NCBI GenBank assembly: GCA_025558095.1
Contig: JAIVFI010000017.1
Span: 667,983 to 731,982, forward strand
DNA: 64,000 bases
Origin: Hyaloraphidium curvatum SAG 235-1
Lineage: Eukaryota > Fungi > Monoblepharomycota
Reading direction: 5' to 3'
In this document: in pieces, positions 57,735 to 64,000 of the stretch
How positions within the stretch are numbered: the stretch's first letter is position 1
Layout of the letters: every line of letters starts with the position of its first letter
Translations under genes and position numbers: made by a program
Notes under the pieces: model-generated
What the model was told of the DNA's origin: nothing
The model's input: only the letters and a program-made list of their open reading frames with translations
Database searches by the model: none

Positions 57735-58101
57735 CGCGGCGGCAGCTTGGAGTTGCGGCTGTCCCCGAGTTGCGGGCGGTTCGGCAGCCCCAGCCCCGAT
57801 CGCCGGAAAATCGGGGAAAGCCGCGCGGACCTACCTCTTGTACATGCACGACGCCGACAAAAGGAGCCAATGAAAGATGAAGTGGCATCGACTATCGTCG
57901 TTCCGGAGCTGAAGCTCGTAGTGGGGATCCTGGTATGGCGTTCGACGGTTCCAGATTGCGCGTGGCTCAGGGAAGGACGCCTTGGACAGAGGAATAACAC
58001 TCGAAGCAAAAGTGTCTAGGAGAGCCAGACGAACGTAAACGGCGAGCCTTGGGCGGGCGGCCAGTCGCAAGTCCTTTGCACGGGTTCACGCGGGGGACAC
58101 C

Positions 58102-59291
58102 ATGGACCGGGCCAGCAGCGGCGCCCTCAGCGAGCTGACGCCGTCCAGCGCGTCGCTCTCGACGTTGTCGAGCACGCCGTCGGACGGTGCGGGCGCGCGG
58201 CCGGCGGGGTTCCTATCGCCGCAGAACGTCGCGGGCCCGATGGGGCTCGGGTTCTCCCTGCGGCGTGCGGTGGTCGGCGGGCTCGCTGTCGACTTTGTCG
58301 ATGCTTCGCCATCGATTCCGGCCACCGACACGGGGCTGCGGGCGTGCCCTCAGCCGGGGCCGGGTTTGCCGAATATCCCACCCGTGCTGCTTCTGCCCGC
58401 GTTCCCGGACGGCCTCCTGGGCCTGCGGCGGCTGCTGCCGGCTCTTACTCGCCGCGGACTGCGTGTTATCGCGCCGGTGACGCGCGGCTGGGCCGATTGG
58501 CACCCGAAGCCCCGTGCCGCGGACGTGGAGATACGGGACTCGTTCTACTCGCTGCGGGCGCAGATAGACGAGCTGGCGGCGCTTCTTGCCGCCATCGGCA
58601 TCGGCAAGGCGGTGGTGGCCGGTCACTGCAATTCGGTCACACTCGCCTCGCACTTTTGCCTTGTGCGTCCCGATCTGACTGCTGGACTCGTTTGTCTTTC
58701 GGTGCCCTACTCGCCTCCCAAAGCCATCGCCGCCGTGCCGGCACCGGAGGCCTCGCTCGGGTACCGGGGATTTCTCGCGTCGGATGCCGCCGCCGACTTT
58801 TTCGACGCAGACCTGCGGACGATGTTCCGGCTCACGCTCCGCGGCGGCGGTCCGGCCGGGCGGAGGTGGTTCGCACGCTCCACGCGTTCGACCCGCACAG
58901 CACGGACGGCGCCCAGTACCTGCCTCAGGACCGTCTGGTCACCTCACCGCTGCTGGCGCCCGGCGAGGAGGAGCTTCTGGTGAACTACGTGGAATCAGTC
59001 GGCGGCAGCACTGGCCCCCTGCAGGTGTACCGGACGGAGGCGCTGGTACAGACCGAGTTTGCCGGTGTGCCTGGGGACGTGAACGCGCCGGTGCTGTTCG
59101 TTTCGGGGGGATGGAACCCGCTTGCCACCGAGGGGCAGAGGGCGGGGATGAGGCGGACGTGCACGGACCTGGAGGAGGTGGCGGTTCCGGACGCGGGGAT
59201 CTGGATCGCGCTGGAAGCTCCCGAGGAGGTGGCCGATGCCGTTGCGCGCTGGGTGGCAGCGCGGCTAGGGCCCCACAGCCGGCGGGTGTAA
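58102..59291 (+). CDS. Epoxide-hydrolase-like alpha/beta protein with degenerate catalytic motifs; apparent frameshift at ~58860 is probably a consensus error
   Basis: LLLPAFPD, RVIAPVTRGW, VAGHCNS, LSVPY, PVLFVSG, DAGIWIALEAPEEV. Confidence 0.75.
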
Positions 59292-59320
59292 CGTGCCGGC
59301 GTCGGGGCAAGGGGGACGGT

Positions 59321-59533
59321 TGTCAGGAGAGGCCGTGGGAGACCAGTCCTGGCCTGCGGGGCACGGAGAACGGGAGCACGGAGTACGAGGGCTTGTAACT
59401 CTATCCGAACGTTCGGGGAATACATGTGGAGATCTATGGGTTTATGTAGTCCGAGCCGCGCAAGTTGAGGCGCAGTCTGGATCGAACTTGCGAGAAGCCG
59501 CTGGAAACTCTCAGCGCTTACGCGTCCCTGACA
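59321..59533 (-). repeat. 3' LTR, 213 bp
   Basis: TG...CA ends with a 7-bp terminal inverted repeat TGTCAGG/CCTGACA, directly after the PPT; TACATAAA TATA-like box at 59441-59448. Confidence 0.85.
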
Positions 59534-60047
59534 TCATCCTCCCCTTTCGGGGCGCTCGTCCGCGAGCGCGCCGGGCAGGCTGAGGTCCGGGCTTGTCGGG
59601 GTACTTGGCATGGAAGTCGTTCACAGCGTCCTGGGCGTTGGCGACGTTCTCGGCGGGCTGCCAAGAGCGCTCGGAGACGTCGTAGCCGAGCCAGTCGACG
59701 AAGTAGAAGAGCTTGTTGTGGATCAGCCGGGAGTCGAGGATCTGGTTGACCTCAAACTCGAACTCATTGTCGACCGGAGGCGGAGGCGGCTGCTTGCGGT
59801 TCGGCGAAGGGTCCGCATGGTACGGCTCGAGGAGGGAGACGTGAAAGACGGGGAATATCTTGAGCTGCTTGGGCAGTTTGAGCTTGAATACGACGGGGTT
59901 GATCTTGGTCTCGATCGGGAACGGGCCGAGTCGCTTGAAATCGAGCTTGTCCGAGGGCCGCGTCGTCTTGACGTTGCGGCGGAGGAGCCACACGTGGTAG
60001 CTGACCTTGAAGTCGGGCGCGGGAAGGCGCTGCCGGTTCGCGTACTT
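59321..60047 (-). mobile_element. 5'-truncated Ty3/gypsy chromovirus: integrase C-terminus, chromodomain, PPT and 3' LTR
   Basis: KLDFKRLGPF...PVFHVSLLEPY (GPY/F region); FEVNQILDSR...FVDWLGYDVSERSWQPAENV chromodomain; polypurine tract GAAAGGGGAGGATGA at 59534-59548. Confidence 0.92.
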
Positions 60048-60192
60048 AGGTTAGGTTAGGTTAGGTTAGGTTAGGTTAGGTTAGGTTAGGTTAGGTTAGG
60101 TTAGGTTAGGTTAGGTTAGGTTAGGTTAGGTTAGGTTAGGTTAGGTTAGGTTAGGTTAGGTTAGGTTAGGTTAGGTTAGGTTAGGTTAGGTT
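60046..60192 (+). repeat. Telomeric array (TTAGG)29
   Basis: 29 perfect TTAGG units plus TT, G-rich strand pointing outward. Confidence 0.95.
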
Positions 60193-60238
60193 ATCTCTTC
60201 CCCTCCGCCGACGGGGGGGGGGGAGAAGAGAGAAGAAA
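60193..60238. other. Probable degraded PacBio SMRTbell hairpin adapter
   Basis: ATCTCTTC...ACGGGGGGGGGGGAGAAGAGAGA resembles ATCTCTCTC-AACAACAACAAC-GGAGGAGGAGG-AAAAGAGAGAGAT and sits at the symmetry centre. Confidence 0.7.
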
Positions 60239-63200
60239 ACCGAACCGAACCGAACCGAACCCAACCGAACTACCCTACCCCCGCGCAACCTAACCGAACC
60301 TAACCAACCTAACCTAACCTAACCTAACCTAAAACCTAACCTAACCTAACCTAACCAGTAACCTAACCTACTGAACCTAACCTAAGTACGCGAACCGGCA
60401 GCGCCTTCCCGCGCCCGACTTCAAGGTCAGCTACCACGTGTGGCTCCTCCGCCGCAACGTCAAGACGACGCGGCCCTCGGACAAGCTCGATTTCAAGCGA
60501 CTCGGCCCGTTCCCGATCGAGACCAAGATCAACCCCGTCGTATTCAAGCTCAAACTGCCCAAGCAGCTCAAGATATTTCCCCGTCTTTCACGTCTCCCTC
60601 CTCGAGCCGTACCATGCGGACCCTTCGCCGAACCGCAAGCAGCCGCCTCCGCCTCCGGTCGACAATGAGTTCGAGTTTGAGGTCAACCAGATCCTCGACT
60701 CCCGGCTGATCCACAACAAGCTCTTTCTACTTCGTCGACTGGCTCGGCTACGACGTCTCCGAGCGCTCTTGGCAGCCCGCCGAGAACGTCGCCAACGCCC
60801 AGGACGCTGTGAACGACTTCCATGCCCAAGTACCCCGACAAGCCCGGACCTCAGCCTGCCCGGCGCGCTCGCGGAACGAGCGCCCCGAAAGGGGAGGATG
60901 ATGTCAGGGACGCGTAAGCGCTGAGAGTTTCCAGCGGCTTCTCGCAAGTTCGATCCAGACTGCGCCTCAACTTGCGCGGCTCGGACTACATAAACCCATA
61001 GATCTCCACATGTATTCCCCGAACGTTCGGATAGAGTTACAAGCCCTCGTACTCCGTGCTCCCGTTCTCCGTGCCCCGCAGGCCAGGGACTGGTCTCCCA
61101 CGGCCTCTTCCTGACAACCGTCCCCCTTGCCCCGACGCCGGCACGTTACACCCGCCGGCTGTGGGGCCCTAGCCGCGCTGCCACCCAGCGCGCAACGGCA
61201 TCGGCCACCTCCTCGGGAGCTTCCAGCGCGATCCAGATCCCCGCGTCCGGAACCGCCACCTCCTCCAGGTCCGTGCACGTCCGCCTCATCCCCGCCCTCT
61301 GCCCCTCGGTGGCAAGCGGGTTCCATCCCCCCCGAAACGAACAGCACCGGCGCGTTTCACGTCCCCAGGCACACCGGCAAACTCGGTCTGTACCAGCGCC
61401 TCCGTCCGGTACACCTGCAGGGGGCCAGTGCCTGCCGCCGACTGATTCCACGTAGTTCACCAGAAGCTCCTCCTCGCCGGGCGCCAGCAGCGGTGAGGTG
61501 ACCAGACGGTCCTGAGGCAGGTACTGGGCGCCGTCCGTGCTGTGCGGGTCGAACGCGTGGAGCGTGCGAACCACCTCCGCCCCGGCCGGACCGCCGCCGC
61601 GGAGCGTGAGCCGGAACATCGTCCGCAGGTCTGCGTTCGAAAAAGTCGGCGGCGGCATCCGACGCGAGAAATCCCGGTACCGAGCGAGGCCTCCGGGGCC
61701 GGCACGGCGGCGATGGCTTTGGGGAGGCGAGTAGGGCACCGAAAGACAAACGAGTCCAGCAGTCAGATCGGGACGCACAAGGCAAAAGTGCGAGGCGAGT
61801 GGGACCGAATTGCAGTGAACGGCCACCACCGCCTTGCCGATGCCGATGGCGGCAAGAAGCGCCGCCCGCTCGTCTATCTGCGCCCCGCAGCGAGTAGAAC
61901 GAGTCCCGTATCTCCCCCGTCCGCGGCACGGGGCTTCGGGTGCCAATCGGCCCAGCCGCGCGTCAACCGGCGCGATAACACGCAGTCCGCGGCGAGTAAG
62001 AGCCGGCAGCAGCCGCCGCAGGCCCAGGAGGCCGTCCGGAACGCGGGCAGAAGCAGCACGGGTGGGATATTCGGCAAACCCGGCCCCCGGCTGAGGGCAC
62101 GCCCGCAGCCCCGTGTCGGTGGCCGGAATCGATGGCGAAGCATCGACAAAGTCGACAGCGAGCCCGCCGACCACCGCACGCCGCAGGAGAACCCGAGCCC
62201 CATCGGGCCCGCGACGTTCTGCGGCGATAGGAAACCCCGCCGCGCGCCCGCACCGTCCGACGGCGTGCTCGACAACGTCGAGAGCGACGCGCTGGACGGC
62301 GTCAGCTCGCTGAGGGCGCCGCTGCTGGCCCGGTCCATGGTGTCCCCCGCTGAACCCGTGCAAAGGACTTGCGACTGGCCCCCGCCCAAGGCTCGCCGTT
62401 TACGTTCGTCTGGCTCTCCTAGACACTTTTGCTTCGAGTGTTATTCCTCTGTCCAAGGCGTCCTTCCCTGAGCCACGCGCAATCTGGAACCGTCGAACGC
62501 CATACCAGATCCCCACTACGAGCTTCAGCTCCGGAACGACGATAGTCGATGCCACTTCATCTTTCATTGGCTCCTTTTGTCGGCGTCGTGCATGTACAAG
62601 AGGTAGGTCCGCGCGGCTTTCCCCGATTTTCCGGCGATCGGGGCTGGGGCTGCCGAACCGCCCGCAACTCGGGGACAGCCGCAACTCCAAGCTGCCGCCG
62701 CGATGCCGGCCTCTAACGCCCCCTCCTCGCTCTGCACCTCTTCCGCGACCCTCCGTCGCGTGCGCTGCTTGATTCGCTGCCCGGCGGATCCCGCTCGTTT
62801 ACTTCTCGCGCTCATCGGCCATGCCCTTCCCCTCCCCTTCCGGCGCCGAGCCGGGCGTCCTGCGCCCGACTCGCGCGTTCCGCGGAATGTCTTTGACGCG
62901 GTGGTCGTTTTGTCTGCACCGGGGAAGGAGGAGCTCGCGGCATACGTGCGGGCATCGCCTGTGGACGCGGCACCTTTGCCTGCGACCGCTTCGAGGCGGC
63001 CGGCCTGCCTCCTGCAGATGAGGCACGGTCACAAAGATCGCGGCGGCCTACCGTGAGAACTGGGCTCGCGAGCACGGTTCGGCCAAGGTGTCTCCCGGGA
63101 CTGCCCCGCCGCTTCAGGACATGCTCCGCCGCGGCCTGGAGACGGCCAACCGCAACGAGCGCGAAGGCATCAAGGAGGACCCTCCCGAAGCGCGTTTCAA

Positions 63201-64000
63201 GGTGCTCGACTACGGCGGCGCGAAGAAGATCTCCGAGGGCTTCGAGTCCGCGCTGGCCTCTCTCGGCTCCGAGCCTCCCCCGCCCACCAAAGGCGCCTCA
63301 TGACCACCGCCGGGGACTCGTCAATTCGCACCGCTTTGCCTCGACGTGGCTCTACCCCCGACCCCCATCCCAGACGACGTCCCCGGCTCGCCCTCCCAGC
63401 CCGTGGGCATGCTCAACCTGCTCAAGTTCCGGCCCGGCGGCGGGGGCGAGCTACAAGGCCTACACCCCGCCGTTGCCCGTACGCGGTGCCGCTGGGCCGA
63501 TGCTGGCGTTTCCCTCTTGCTGCTTTTCCCTGCGCGAGGTGCGCCGCTCGGGTAGCGCTGTCGAGGTCGGGAAGGCGTCTCTGGGACGAGTTTTTGGTTA
63601 TGGAGTATCCCTCGAGCTACGTTTTCGCCGGTATGACGGGAGCAAGGGTTTCCGCGAGATCGAGCCCTGCGGAGGGGCGGATTGGTCTACAGCACCATCT
63701 TGCTAGTGGGTTGCGTCCGCGTAAGGCGAACGTCGACCTTACCGCGCCCATCTCCGTCGAAGCCTTCAGGGAGGGGTTCCGGAGACCATTCGGGCCAGCT
63801 TTAGATGTACCGTTCCTTGATGATACACCGTGCCGCTCGCCCGCCACCCTCCTGCCCTCACCCCACGGCTCTTACGCTCCTCGCGCGCACCTCCCTACGC
63901 CCACTCCCGGACGCTGAGCATGGTCCGCGTAACCTCCTCCCCGCCATCACCTCCCTCGCGAACGCCGCCTCCAGCACAGCCCTCGCCCCCTCTCCCTCGC
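60239..64000 (-). repeat. Error-rich inverted copy of ~56400-60192 (probable artefact)
   Basis: Noisy CCTAA array at 60239-60385, then the reverse complement of chromovirus, hydrolase, DUF1330-like gene and TF end, differing mainly by 1-nt indels. Confidence 0.9.

Noticed and set aside
1-60045. tRNA, rRNA, riboswitch or snoRNA genes in intergenic regions (e.g. 11700-12600, 30300-31000)
   Set aside because: None recognised by eye; a covariance-model search would be needed to exclude them.
60046-60385. Head-to-head telomere fusion or covalently closed hairpin telomere
   Set aside because: The spacer resembles a sequencing adapter and the second arm has raw-read-like errors; not fully excluded without reads.
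60386-64000. Second copies of the chromovirus, hydrolase-like, DUF1330-like and TF genes
   Set aside because: They are an indel-ridden mirror image beyond an adapter-like sequence and are treated as an artefact.
1-64000. Hundreds of long overlapping Arg/Pro/Gly/Ala-rich ORFs (e.g. 36096-38258, 53274-55220, 54217-56544)
   Set aside because: Shadow ORFs expected at high GC, lying opposite or out of frame to recognisable genes.

Overview
This is a GC-rich eukaryotic chromosome end with short (~50-85 nt) GT-AG introns, mostly GTGGG/GTGCG donors and CTGAC-type branch sites. The gene content is fungal (Zn2Cys6-type factor, PHA2-like, Ada2-type SWIRM, chromovirus); an early-diverging chytrid-like fungus is my inference only. 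Real sequence runs from 1 to ~60192 and ends in a (TTAGG)29 telomere joined directly to a 5'-truncated Ty3/gypsy chromovirus that keeps its PPT and a 213-bp 3' LTR. Positions ~60193-64000 are a degraded hairpin-adapter-like segment followed by a noisy reverse-complement copy of ~56400-60192, most likely a missed-adapter long-read artefact. The subtelomere holds about 30 genes and pseudogenes. Notable ones: a membrane-bound polymer-synthetase-like NRPS (A-T-TM/hexapeptide) whose A domain looks like an acyl-CoA ligase, an intron-containing homologue of the bacterial N,N-dimethylformamidase large subunit, four atypical kinases with shared motif substitutions, a secreted Cys-rich repeat protein, two EsV-1-7-like proteins, three MYND-finger genes, a double-HKD PLD and an RT-less CRE-type retrotransposon fragment. 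All family calls come from motif recognition by eye; no searches were run.
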